Source: a bacterium (GTDB lineage: Bacteria > DRYD01). Taken from it: DNA of 64,000 nucleotides. The stretch covers positions 128,001 through 192,000 of the forward strand of contig JBCNVB010000013.1 of assembly GCA_039630415.1 (NCBI GenBank). The letters run 5' to 3'. Positions 37,552-47,506 of this stretch are shown piece by piece. Each line of letters begins with the position of its first letter. Within the stretch, counting starts at the first letter, position 1. The notes under the pieces are model-generated. The model was not told the origin of the DNA and made no database searches. It saw only the letters and a program-made list of their open reading frames with translations. The position numbers and the translations under genes are program-made.

Positions 37552-39303
37552 ATGTATTGTGTATGGAAAATATCCGGCGAACAGGGAGAGGGAATAGATT
37601 CGACAGGACACATTTTTGCTTTTAACGCTTTCAAGAATGGATTTGAAATAACCACCTATAGAAAATACTCCTCTAGAATAAAAGGAGGAAATACTACGTT
37701 TGAAGTTAAGTTTTCTGATAAACCAGTTTTTGCAAGATCAAAGAAAATAGATGTTCTAATAGCACTTGATCAGGATGCTATAAAAGTTTCTAGAGAGCAA
37801 ATAAGACCATCAACGTTTGTGATATATGATCCAAGTACTACCATAGACGGTTTACAAGATACTGATTGTGTAAAATTACCTATTCAGCTTACTAAGATTG
37901 CGAGAGATATAACGGGTAGTGGTTTGTCTAAAAATATGGTTTCATTAGGAGCTTCGATAGCTATTTTCAATAATTTAGATTACTCTTTTATTTTATCGCA
38001 GATAGAGAAGAGGTTTTCTAGGAAGTCAGTTGAAGTAGCGGAGAAAAATAAAAAGGCTTTTATAGAGGGTTATAATATAGCAAAACAAATGATTTTATCT
38101 ATGGGATATTCGACAGTACAGGTACCTGCAGTAAATGGGGACAATAAAAGGATGTTGATGAGTGGGAATGAGGGGTTATGTTTGGGTGCGCTTGCTGCTG
38201 GTTGTAAATTTTTCTCGGGTTATCCTATTACTCCGGCGAGTAGTATTTTGGAGTTTATGGTAAAGAATATAGGTAATTTTGGTGGTATAGCGATACAGAC
38301 GGAAGATGAAATATCAGCGATAAATTCGTGTATAGGTGCGTCATTAGCTGGGGTAAGGGCGATGACTGCTACTTCTGGCCCTGGGTTTTCCTTGATGGTA
38401 GAAGGTATAGGGTATGCATATATGACCGAAACTCCGATAGTAGTTGCAAATATTCAGCGTGGAGGACCTTCTACTGGCCTACCAACTAAAACTGAAAATG
38501 CCGATATATTAATGTCCCTATTTTGTGCTCATGGAGATAACGAAAAGATAGTTATTTTCCCTTCAGATCCTTATGAAATGTTCATGTATACCATAGAGGC
38601 TTTTAATTTAGCTGAAAAGTATCAGTTACCGGTCATTATACTTTCCGATCTTAACTTAGGTGAAAATGTATATACTACTCAAGCAATTTCTGATGAGGTT
38701 CTATCCAACATAAAAATAGATAGGGGTAAGTATATATCTTCGCCATCGGATGGTAAGATATATCGTTATGATTTTACGGAGGATGGTATAAGTTATAGGA
38801 TAATACCTTCTGTAAAAGGCTTACAATTTCAAACGTCGGGTAACGAACATAACGAGAAGGGGTTCATAACGGAAAATCCTTCTATTAGGTTAAAGATGGT
38901 TGAGAAAAGAATGAAAAAGTTACTAAGTTTTAAGGATAATTTTACTTGTTATGAGGACATTGGGAAAGATCCCAAAATTAGTATCATTACATATGGAATG
39001 AATTATCACATTGTTAAAGAGGTGTGTACAACTTTATATGAAGCGACTAATATTCCGGTTAGGTTAATAAAGTTGGTTGTTTTGTATCCCTTCCCTACGG
39101 AGAAAATTGAACAGTTTACCTATAACTCTGACTTATTAATTTTTGTCGAGCAAAATTATTTGGGTCAAGTTAGGAGATTGTATTACATGTTTGGGGGAAA
39201 CAAGAAAAGTATATTGGTTAGGAAATATGATGGTGAACCATTTTATTTTGAAGATCTGCTAGAAAATCTTAAGGTTGCTATTCTCCAGCGCTCTAGAGTT
39301 TGA
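37552..39303 (+). CDS. 2-oxoacid:ferredoxin oxidoreductase alpha subunit (KorA-type, gamma-alpha fusion)
   Basis: GEQGEGIDS, YSSRIKGG, GYPITPAS, EDEISA, TATSGPGFSLM, QRGGPSTGLPT. Confidence 0.93.
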   Translation: MYCVWKISGEQGEGIDSTGHIFAFNAFKNGFEITTYRKYSSRIKGGNTTFEVKFSDKPVFARSKKIDVLIALDQDAIKVSREQIRPSTFVIYDPSTTIDGLQDTDCVKLPIQLTKIARDITGSGLSKNMVSLGASIAIFNNLDYSFILSQIEKRFSRKSVEVAEKNKKAFIEGYNIAKQMILSMGYSTVQVPAVNGDNKRMLMSGNEGLCLGALAAGCKFFSGYPITPASSILEFMVKNIGNFGGIAIQTEDEISAINSCIGASLAGVRAMTATSGPGFSLMVEGIGYAYMTETPIVVANIQRGGPSTGLPTKTENADILMSLFCAHGDNEKIVIFPSDPYEMFMYTIEAFNLAEKYQLPVIILSDLNLGENVYTTQAISDEVLSNIKIDRGKYISSPSDGKIYRYDFTEDGISYRIIPSVKGLQFQTSGNEHNEKGFITENPSIRLKMVEKRMKKLLSFKDNFTCYEDIGKDPKISIITYGMNYHIVKEVCTTLYEATNIPVRLIKLVVLYPFPTEKIEQFTYNSDLLIFVEQNYLGQVRRLYYMFGGNKKSILVRKYDGEPFYFEDLLENLKVAILQRSRV

Positions 39304-39328
39304 AAAGGGTTTAGAACGAATGTAGTAA

Positions 39329-40117
39329 ATGAAGGTTGGTTTTTTGACAATATTCCCCCACTTAGTTAATTATATGATACAGAATTTGTCTTTAACTAAA
39401 AGATCTATTAGAAGACAGAAAGTTGAGTTTAAAGTAGTGGATGTAAGGGGATTTTGTAAGGATAAGCATTTGCAGGTTGATGACTATATTTTTGGATCTA
39501 AGAAGGGTATGATAATGAGATTTGATGTTCTTTTGGAATCTCTTATTTACTGTAAAAATGAGTTTGTTAATCCGTATGTGATACTGCCTTCTCCGAGGGG
39601 TAGGGTGATTTGCCAGTATACTATAAAGGATTTGTCTAAGTTAGATGAATTGATTTTCATTTGTCCGAATTATGAGGGGGTTGATGATAGGATTTTAAGG
39701 TTTGTAAACGAGGAATTATCGATTGGTGATTATGTGATTAGTTCTGGTGAGTTGGCTTCTTTTGTAATACTTGAGGCGATATTAAGATATAAGTTTATTG
39801 ATTCTGAGCAACCTTTGGTGGATAAAGCCAGTGTACTTGATGACAGTTTTAACTATGCAGGTATGGATTGCTTACTGGAACCCTTGCAATATACTAGACC
39901 TAGAGTACTAAAGTTTAATAATTTCGAGATACCGGTTGAGGAGTATGTTTACTCTGGAAATCATGAACAAATACGTAAAAATAATATTAAGAATGCTATT
40001 AACCTAACAATCTTTAAAAAACCGCATTTGATAAAAAAGTTTCTAAATAAATATTACAATACGGTTGATAAGAAGCTTATTTTTGAAGCTTTCCTAGATT
40101 TTTGTTTCCCTTCATGA
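39329..40117 (+). CDS. trmD: tRNA (guanine37-N1)-methyltransferase
   Basis: LTIFP, VDD..FG...GM, SPRG, YEGVDDR, SIGDYVISSGE, QYTRP, SGNH. Confidence 0.92.
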   Translation: MKVGFLTIFPHLVNYMIQNLSLTKRSIRRQKVEFKVVDVRGFCKDKHLQVDDYIFGSKKGMIMRFDVLLESLIYCKNEFVNPYVILPSPRGRVICQYTIKDLSKLDELIFICPNYEGVDDRILRFVNEELSIGDYVISSGELASFVILEAILRYKFIDSEQPLVDKASVLDDSFNYAGMDCLLEPLQYTRPRVLKFNNFEIPVEEYVYSGNHEQIRKNNIKNAINLTIFKKPHLIKKFLNKYYNTVDKKLIFEAFLDFCFPS

Positions 40118-41625
40118 TAATCTATTTGCCAAAGACTAAACTTTGTATTGAGGTTCCGGATAGTCTTAACTTATCTTTTGATAGGTTGTATGTTTTTAGC
40201 ATAAGAAAGTATTTTTTCTTAGGAATTCCTTTAAAGAGCTATCCAAAAATAAGCACAAAGATAGTAAAAATAGCTAAACCTAGAATTGTTGATTCAATCC
40301 AAATAGATAATTTAAGTATCTTACTTGATAGTTTTTGCAAGATTGTAGATAGCATTAATTTAAAAAGCCTTATTAGCTATTTGTACAAGGGTTTGGATAA
40401 GATTATTGATATGCTTATTGAGTACAGAAATTTGATTAAAATTCAATTTAAAGGAATTATAAAAATCTCTCATAGTTCGATTTACAAAATAGAGCATAAT
40501 TACTTAGATGGGTATAGTACGGTTTTTGTAGAGCTAAAAAAATTTAGTAAACAGCATATACAAAAAGTGATAAGGGGTTTAAGGAGGAAAATAAAAAGAA
40601 GATTCAAGTACGATTTTGATTATGTCTTTGAACCCAAAAATTTTGATTTACTAGGTAAGTTGAGTGATGAGGGTTCAAAATTTGCATATAGGTTTGTTCG
40701 TAGAAATAAGAAGGATCGAACTAAGCTGGATAAGATAGTTGATGAATCCAAGAAAAACTTACTTATTGTTTATGATTATAAGTTGATAGGTGATAAGATT
40801 GATTTTGAAGATTTGGTTTTGCCTGTGTGGGGTCTTCTTCTTTACAGATTTTTTGATAACATAGTTATTGATTATTTTCATTTTTGGGGGGTGTTTTATG
40901 AATTATTTTTAAAGTTGGGATCAAAGCTAGTTTTTTATTCTTACATTCCGGTTTTTGGAAACTATAGATCGTACTTTGACATTTACAAGCAGAGTATAAT
41001 AAGTGACTTTGTGGAAATAAAGGAAAAGCTTATTTTTGAGAGTTATTCTGTCTGGGATGTTGAGAAAATGGTGTCTGGCCAAGGTACCAATTATTTTTTT
41101 ATTTTTAGCTTGAGTTCTGGTTTTAATAGGATTTACTGTGGTTATTGTAAAAAATCTCCATATTGTGAGGTTTGCAATTCTGTGCTTAGATTATTTAAAA
41201 ATAATTATCTTCGATGTCCCAAATGTAAAATCAAGTATGATTTTTTTCATTGTCAGTATTGTAATAAGTATGAATGGAAAATTACGAAGATAAGTTATAG
41301 TGAGAAATTTGCTGGAGATAGGGTAAAATTTTTAGACTTCTTGCCATTTGATTTTGCTTATTATGTTGGGAAAGAGAAGGTGGTTGTTGGGATAGATTAC
41401 TTTTCACTATCAAAACCTTTCATAGTAAAGGAGTTAAACCTATGGTATATTCTGTTTAAAGTTATAAATGAGTTAAATGTTGAATCATTGTTTTTGTTTA
41501 ATACGGAAGATTTTTCAACTTTTGACTATTTTCATCAGTTTATATATTCGAATGATTTTGAGGATTTGATAGATAGGTTGGTAGAGTTGGTTGAGATTGA
41601 AAATAGGATAAGACAAATGGTATAG
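40102..41625 (+). CDS. PriA-like protein with an 8-Cys zinc module and degenerate helicase motifs
   Basis: GFNRIYCGYC-x5-CEVC...LRCPKC...CQYC matches the PriA cysteine-rich region; no Walker A; IVIDYFH in place of DEEH. Confidence 0.6.
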   Translation: MFPFMIIYLPKTKLCIEVPDSLNLSFDRLYVFSIRKYFFLGIPLKSYPKISTKIVKIAKPRIVDSIQIDNLSILLDSFCKIVDSINLKSLISYLYKGLDKIIDMLIEYRNLIKIQFKGIIKISHSSIYKIEHNYLDGYSTVFVELKKFSKQHIQKVIRGLRRKIKRRFKYDFDYVFEPKNFDLLGKLSDEGSKFAYRFVRRNKKDRTKLDKIVDESKKNLLIVYDYKLIGDKIDFEDLVLPVWGLLLYRFFDNIVIDYFHFWGVFYELFLKLGSKLVFYSYIPVFGNYRSYFDIYKQSIISDFVEIKEKLIFESYSVWDVEKMVSGQGTNYFFIFSLSSGFNRIYCGYCKKSPYCEVCNSVLRLFKNNYLRCPKCKIKYDFFHCQYCNKYEWKITKISYSEKFAGDRVKFLDFLPFDFAYYVGKEKVVVGIDYFSLSKPFIVKELNLWYILFKVINELNVESLFLFNTEDFSTFDYFHQFIYSNDFEDLIDRLVELVEIENRIRQMV

Positions 41626-41629
41626 GCGG

Positions 41630-43606
41630 TTAGGTTTTAAGACATATGGTTTGCTTAATTTGTTCATATAGTTGTTGTATGTTAGGATTGATAAGTTTTT
41701 GTTTTATGGTATGATTGTTTATTTGTAGGAAAATATTGAGTTCGATGGTGTTGTCTTGTTTTATTTGTGCGTTTATACCGAGAGGGAATGAACATCCCAA
41801 TTCTAATAGTCCCATTAATTCTCTTTCTATGGAGACTTCTTTTCTATGTTTAGGGTTATCTATTTGTTGTAGTAATTCGGATAGGTAGCTATGTTTTCGA
41901 GTTTGGATGGCTATTGCTCCTTGTCCTGGGCAGGGAACCATTTGGTCTATTGGGAAAATGTAACTTACTAATTTTTCTAGTTTTAGCCTTTTAATTCCTG
42001 CGTAGGAGAGTACGATAGCGTCGTACTCTTCGTTCTTGAGTTTTTTTATTCTACTATCTACGTTTCCTCTGATTGGTTTGATAATTAGGTCATTTCTTAG
42101 CATTTCAAGTTGGATTTTTCTTCTAAGGCTTGATGTGCCTATTATTGATTGTGGTTTTAGTTCCCATAGGTTGAGGTTGTTTTTTGATATTAATACGTCA
42201 TTGGGTTCTTCTCTTAGTGGAATTGCTGCTATAGTTAGGTATGGATGTATTTTGTAGGGAACATCCTTTAAACTATGAATAGCAATATCTATTTCTTCTT
42301 TTATTAGGGCTTCTTCAAGTTCTTTAACGAAGGAATTGGTTGTGAATATGTTTTTATCTCCGCTTGTTTTTATAGTTATTACGTAGAAGTCAAGGTCTGG
42401 GAAATAGAGTTTTAGGAGTTCGAGGATAATATTTGTTTGTGTTAGAGCTAATTTTGATCCTCTGGTGCCAACTACTACTTTCCTTTTCTTTGTTTTTATG
42501 TATAAATCTTTTATCACTTGTATAGGTTTTTCTAGAGTTTGGTTGATTATTTTTTGATTCACATACTTCAGAAAGTCTTTGATTTCTTTTTCATCTTTTT
42601 TTTCTATTATTTTTATGATTTCGCTGTAGTATTTGTTTATCTTTTCTTCAGCTATTGTCAGGGGGTATTGGTAGAGAGATTTTATTTCTTCTCTTATTTC
42701 ATCTACTATCAATTTATTTATGAATTCGTTAACTTTGGAGTTAAGGAATGTGTGAATTATTTTTTGGTCGTCTAAATTATGATAGATTGGGTAGAGTTCT
42801 TTTAGTTTGTCTAGGTCAAATAATGTATATTTTTTAGCAAGGGTAGGAGAGATAGTTCTTGGTACTGACAGGTCAAAAATTATTGAATCTGGTGGTATAT
42901 AGTCTTGATCTTCTAGTATATATTTGTTTTCATTGGTTGCGGATATTATAATGATTTTTTCGTTTAGTTGAGAGATTTTTTGTTTTAGTAATTGTTTAGG
43001 TATTCCTTCAGAATTGGAAAATATAGTGATATTTTTAAAATGCTGTTTGAGAGTTGAGTGGATAGCTTTGTTTACTGAGCCGTACCCTACCAAAATTAGG
43101 GGGGTTTGTGAAGGTGTATTTTTTATTGTTTCGTAAACTATTTGGGCAAGATTTTGTTGATGAGTTTTTAGTTTTGGGAGAATAAATGTGTGGAATTCTT
43201 TATGTATTGAAAAGCATGATAGGATAAGTTGTTGTAGGATTGGATTTATTTTATTTTGTTGATTTTTGAAATGTTTTTTTATTTGGTTTATGATGTCGGT
43301 TTCTGCAAAGATTTGTGATTCTAGACCGCAAGCTATTTTGAATAGATGCTTTATTGCCTCTATGCCAGTTCTTAATTTAGGGTCTATGCCTGGAAATACA
43401 TTTTCTCTGAAATTCTCAATTTCAGATCGATCTGACAAAAGGAAAAAGGATACTCTATTGCAAGTGAAGAGAGCGAAGAAATCAGATGGTTTTATTTTTG
43501 TTCTTAGTTTTTCTAGTTCTTCTGGGGTTTGGTAATATTTTTCCCTTACTTCCAGGGGAGTTTGTTTATCTATTTCCAAATTGTGTATTTTTTTTATTAT
43601 TTCCAT
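41630..43606 (-). CDS. hemA-hemC: Fused glutamyl-tRNA reductase (HemA) and hydroxymethylbilane synthase (HemC)
   Basis: HemA: TCNR, HLFKIACGLESQIFAE, VGYG, DLSVPR; HemC from about 42490: GTRGSKLAL, AIHSLKDVP, GTSSLRR, RGNV, GQGAIA, GCSFP. Confidence 0.9.
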   Translation of the reverse strand: MEIIKKIHNLEIDKQTPLEVREKYYQTPEELEKLRTKIKPSDFFALFTCNRVSFFLLSDRSEIENFRENVFPGIDPKLRTGIEAIKHLFKIACGLESQIFAETDIINQIKKHFKNQQNKINPILQQLILSCFSIHKEFHTFILPKLKTHQQNLAQIVYETIKNTPSQTPLILVGYGSVNKAIHSTLKQHFKNITIFSNSEGIPKQLLKQKISQLNEKIIIISATNENKYILEDQDYIPPDSIIFDLSVPRTISPTLAKKYTLFDLDKLKELYPIYHNLDDQKIIHTFLNSKVNEFINKLIVDEIREEIKSLYQYPLTIAEEKINKYYSEIIKIIEKKDEKEIKDFLKYVNQKIINQTLEKPIQVIKDLYIKTKKRKVVVGTRGSKLALTQTNIILELLKLYFPDLDFYVITIKTSGDKNIFTTNSFVKELEEALIKEEIDIAIHSLKDVPYKIHPYLTIAAIPLREEPNDVLISKNNLNLWELKPQSIIGTSSLRRKIQLEMLRNDLIIKPIRGNVDSRIKKLKNEEYDAIVLSYAGIKRLKLEKLVSYIFPIDQMVPCPGQGAIAIQTRKHSYLSELLQQIDNPKHRKEVSIERELMGLLELGCSFPLGINAQIKQDNTIELNIFLQINNHTIKQKLINPNIQQLYEQIKQTICLKT

Positions 43607-43701
43607 CGGCTTAATTATAAAATTAATTTTTATTTTTTTATAACCTCTATGTTTGATAGAGATTGTAAGGTAAAAGGGTTTTTTTAAAGAAATAAATAAT
43701 C

Positions 43702-44247
43702 GTGAGAGAGCATAATTTTTTTGAAATTGTAATGATACTTGTAATTATTCTATTTTTTGTTTTGTTGTATAGTAGATTTTATGTATGTGATGATCAAGTA
43801 GGTCAGGGTATATATGAAGCGAAAACATTCTTACCTTCTGCAAAGGGAAATACAGTAGCGATTATATTCTACTATTCTGATAGAATTTATACTTTTTATG
43901 CTGCAAGATCTTTTACAAATCTATACATAACTTCTAGAGGTTATACTATAAGATCTACCATTTTTCTTGATCGATTTTCAAATCTCGAAGAATATTTATT
44001 TGTAAAAAATCATCTTGTACATAAAAAACCTATTTTTATACATCTTTCTCCTGATAATTCTTTTCTATACTTTAATAATCAGGTATATAAATTGGAGCAT
44101 GATTTAAGGATGAAAAGTTATAGGATATTTGATAAAAATGTAGTTGATTTGCAGGTGAATGTCTACCTACGAAGTATTTTAGATTTAGGTGACAAATTAA
44201 AGCTAAAAAAAATTGAGTTTAAGATCGCATTGTTGAAAAAACGATAG
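43702..44247 (+). CDS. Hypothetical protein with N-terminal TM helix
   Basis: 181-aa ORF leading a + strand run. Confidence 0.6.
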   Translation: MREHNFFEIVMILVIILFFVLLYSRFYVCDDQVGQGIYEAKTFLPSAKGNTVAIIFYYSDRIYTFYAARSFTNLYITSRGYTIRSTIFLDRFSNLEEYLFVKNHLVHKKPIFIHLSPDNSFLYFNNQVYKLEHDLRMKSYRIFDKNVVDLQVNVYLRSILDLGDKLKLKKIEFKIALLKKR

Positions 44248-44258
44248 TAACTTCGGAA

Positions 44259-44993
44259 ATGGAAAAAATAGAGGATAAAGTAGGTAAGAGGAAAAATACT
44301 TCGGAGGATCAAAAAATAGTAAACCTTTTTATCAAAAACTCTCAAATTTTTGAGGGTTTATCTAAGCATGAAATTCAGAATTTAGTTAATCAAATTAGAC
44401 TTAAAAGGATATCCAAAATTCAAAAAATATCTTTTAAAGATTTGGAATCCAAGCAGAATAAGGCGTACCTTACAAACTACTGTTTTCTATATAGCAATTA
44501 CGTATTATTCCTGGTAGAGAATAACTATAAAAATGTAGTGATTGATACTTTTTACCCCTATGAGTTGATTGATTTTGAACTATTAAAGGTGGTTCCTGAG
44601 GGAAGTTTTATAATACCCCGTAAGACTATTATTTTTATGATCCCTGATAATACTCAAACCAATCAATTATTTAGAAGAAGGATCGAGGAAAACAAAAAGA
44701 AAAGAATTAGGCAAAAATATCTTGAATTAGCTAACTATAAATCTCTTGACAGTCTTAACAAACTACTATATTTTCTATATTCCTACGCAAAAAGAGCTAA
44801 GAATAACAACTATTATTTACTAATCAATAACAAAAAGTGGATATCGTACATAATTGGTAACTCTCATGAAGTGATTGTTAGGAATTTTAAGAAAATCCAG
44901 AGAATGAATTACATACAACAGGGGAAGGATGGAATAAAAATAGATATTCAGAGGTTAGAGCAATGGGCAAAAAAGTTAAAAATTATACAATAG
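44259..44993 (+). CDS. Crp/Fnr-family transcriptional regulator (divergent)
   Basis: IFEGLSKHEI start of cNMP-type domain; C-terminal wHTH WISYIIGNSHEVIVRNFKKIQ..YI. Confidence 0.7.
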   Translation: MEKIEDKVGKRKNTSEDQKIVNLFIKNSQIFEGLSKHEIQNLVNQIRLKRISKIQKISFKDLESKQNKAYLTNYCFLYSNYVLFLVENNYKNVVIDTFYPYELIDFELLKVVPEGSFIIPRKTIIFMIPDNTQTNQLFRRRIEENKKKRIRQKYLELANYKSLDSLNKLLYFLYSYAKRAKNNNYYLLINNKKWISYIIGNSHEVIVRNFKKIQRMNYIQQGKDGIKIDIQRLEQWAKKLKIIQ

Positions 44994-46336
44994 TACTGTT
45001 ATTTATCCTACTTTACCTCGTTTATTCTAAAGCGGCTGATATAACGCAAGAAATACAAAAATATATTGATAACAAAGATTATCACAAAGCTATAGAGATT
45101 TTAGAGTCTAAAAAATCCTCTTTGGGTTTGGATTACTATTGTACTATGGCAATAATTTATGCTAACTTAAACAAAGATTATGTCCCAATTTTGAAAAATG
45201 CCAAAGAAATATTCGTAAGTAATGTAAAGCAGGAAAATCAGAAAAACAAAAATTTTTCCAAGATTTTATACACATTCGGTTATATAGAGTACTATATAAA
45301 GCAGAGCATTTACAACTCTGAGATATACTTTAAGGAGGCTATCAGGTATGATGAAAATAATGTGAAGGCTATAGTAGCTATAGCACAGGTTTACTATGAT
45401 AAAAACGAGACTGAAAAATCTGAGCAAATGCTTGATAAAGCCTTTGATATACTTAAACAAAATAAACAACTAACGCCTGAATTCTTAAAGATATATAGTC
45501 AAGTTTTAATTGAAAACAAAAGATATACTAAGATTATAAACATACTAAAGCCATATATAGATAAGTACAGTATAGTCAAGTTATTCTATGCTAAGGCTTT
45601 AACTTTTGTAGATGAGAATATAGAGGCTAATAGAATTATAGTGGACTTTTTAAGGCAGAATTCAGATAATTTAGAGGCTTACTATATTCTTGGTTTAACT
45701 TACAAGGGATCTAAGGCTAAAATTAACGAAGGGATAGATTTAATAGAAAATCTTAATCCTGAAAAAAATGATAGATATTACCTAAAATTAGCACAGTTTT
45801 ATGAGGGTCTGGGAGACGTAGAAATGGCTATTAATTACTACGATAAAGTTCTGTCCATGAATAAAACAAACGAGAAATACTATGTACTTGCAATAACATA
45901 TGCTATAGATACTGGTTTTACTTCAAGAGCTATTAATTGGGCTTGGGAATACTATAATATGAACCCACAAAACTTTTACTCTAATCTATTTCTAGCAATG
46001 TGCTATGAATATCAAAAACAATTTGAGTATTCAAAGAAGTACTACTATCAGGCTATTGAAATAGATCCTTCCAGATATGAGCCTTATGTTAGACTTGCAT
46101 GGATAGTTCTTGAGCAAGAGGCAGATTTTAACTTATCGGCTGAAATTCTTCTGAAAGGGTACAATAACGTAAAAGATAGTTACTACAAAAATAGGTTTAA
46201 AAAAGCTTTGAAGGATTTAGTAGAACTTGAAGAAGAATTCAAAAGAAGATATAAACAGAAAACTAACCAGGAAATATCAAAACCAATAAGACCGGATCTA
46301 AAGGAAAAGATTATGAACATTATAAGAGAGAATTGA
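44963..46336 (+). CDS. Exported tetratricopeptide repeat protein
   Basis: Signal-like N-terminus; repeated TPR patterns (EAYYILG, LAQFYEGLGDVEMAINYYDKVL, AIEIDPS..EPYVRLA). Confidence 0.85.
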   Translation: MGKKVKNYTIVLLFILLYLVYSKAADITQEIQKYIDNKDYHKAIEILESKKSSLGLDYYCTMAIIYANLNKDYVPILKNAKEIFVSNVKQENQKNKNFSKILYTFGYIEYYIKQSIYNSEIYFKEAIRYDENNVKAIVAIAQVYYDKNETEKSEQMLDKAFDILKQNKQLTPEFLKIYSQVLIENKRYTKIINILKPYIDKYSIVKLFYAKALTFVDENIEANRIIVDFLRQNSDNLEAYYILGLTYKGSKAKINEGIDLIENLNPEKNDRYYLKLAQFYEGLGDVEMAINYYDKVLSMNKTNEKYYVLAITYAIDTGFTSRAINWAWEYYNMNPQNFYSNLFLAMCYEYQKQFEYSKKYYYQAIEIDPSRYEPYVRLAWIVLEQEADFNLSAEILLKGYNNVKDSYYKNRFKKALKDLVELEEEFKRRYKQKTNQEISKPIRPDLKEKIMNIIREN

Positions 46337-46354
46337 AGATAAGGAGGAATCTGT

Positions 46355-47506
46355 ATGAATTTGTACGAGTATCAAGGAAAGAAGCTATTCCAAAAATATG
46401 GTATACCAACCACACAGGGAATACTAATATCCAAAGAGCAAGAGAATGATTACATATATTTACAGGAATTACAGCAGCAGTTAACTTTTCCGGTAGTTAT
46501 CAAAGCCCAGGTAAAGGTAGGTGGAAGAGGTAAGGCCGGTGGTATTAAAGTCGCCAAAAATAATGAAGAATTTATGAAATATATAAAGCAGATCTTAAAT
46601 ATGCAAATAAAAGGTGTAAAGGTGAACAAAGTTCTCATAGACCAGTATATCCCCATAGAAAATGAAATGTATATGAGTTTTATGATAGATCGTAGTAAGT
46701 GTAAGGTTATATTTATTTTCTCTGCTTGTGGAGGTGTAGATATAGAGGAGATAGCGGAGAAAAACCCAGAAAAAATATCAAAGCAGTATTTGGACAATAG
46801 AGATTTACTTGAACATCAAATAAGAGATACTATACTAAAGGTATACAATACTGATTTAAATATTGCCAAACAAATAGAGTCGATAGCAATCAAGCTATAC
46901 AGGTTATTTAAAGAAAATCACTGTGTACTTGCAGAGATAAATCCTTTGGTTACCTATGGTTCTGGCTTAATTGCTTTAGATGCTAAAATAATCTTAGACG
47001 AGAATGCTTTTGCATATATAGAGGATGAATTAGAAGAAGATGAGGAAAGGTCACCTATTGAACAGGAAGCAAAGGATTCTGGTATAGCATATGTTGAGCT
47101 TGACGGGAATATAGGAGTAATAGGTAATGGTGCTGGATTAGTTATGTATACGATTGACTTGATAAACTTGTATGGTGGTAAAGCGGCAAATTTTCTAGAT
47201 GTTGGCGGTGGAGCAAGAGCAGAGAAAATTAAGCAGAGTATAAACCTGGTTATGAAAAATCCCAAAGTTAAGGGTTTATTCATAAACATATTTGGTGGTA
47301 TAACCAGATGCGATGAAGTAGCTACTGGAATTCTACAAGCTTATCAGGAGAATAACTATACTACTCCTCTTGTGGTTAGACTTCAAGGAACTAATTATGA
47401 AGAAGGTAAAAGGATATTGCAAACTCTTAAAGAAAAGTTGAGTTTTGAAATAACAGAATCTGCAGAGGAAGGAGCACAAAAAATAGTAAGCATCATCAAT
47501 AAATGA
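46355..47506 (+). CDS. sucC: Succinyl-CoA synthetase beta subunit
   Basis: MNLYEYQGK, KAQVKVGGRGKAGG, EINPL, GNGAGL, ANFLDVGGG, NIFGGITRCD, VRLQGTN. Confidence 0.95.
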   Translation: MNLYEYQGKKLFQKYGIPTTQGILISKEQENDYIYLQELQQQLTFPVVIKAQVKVGGRGKAGGIKVAKNNEEFMKYIKQILNMQIKGVKVNKVLIDQYIPIENEMYMSFMIDRSKCKVIFIFSACGGVDIEEIAEKNPEKISKQYLDNRDLLEHQIRDTILKVYNTDLNIAKQIESIAIKLYRLFKENHCVLAEINPLVTYGSGLIALDAKIILDENAFAYIEDELEEDEERSPIEQEAKDSGIAYVELDGNIGVIGNGAGLVMYTIDLINLYGGKAANFLDVGGGARAEKIKQSINLVMKNPKVKGLFINIFGGITRCDEVATGILQAYQENNYTTPLVVRLQGTNYEEGKRILQTLKEKLSFEITESAEEGAQKIVSIINK

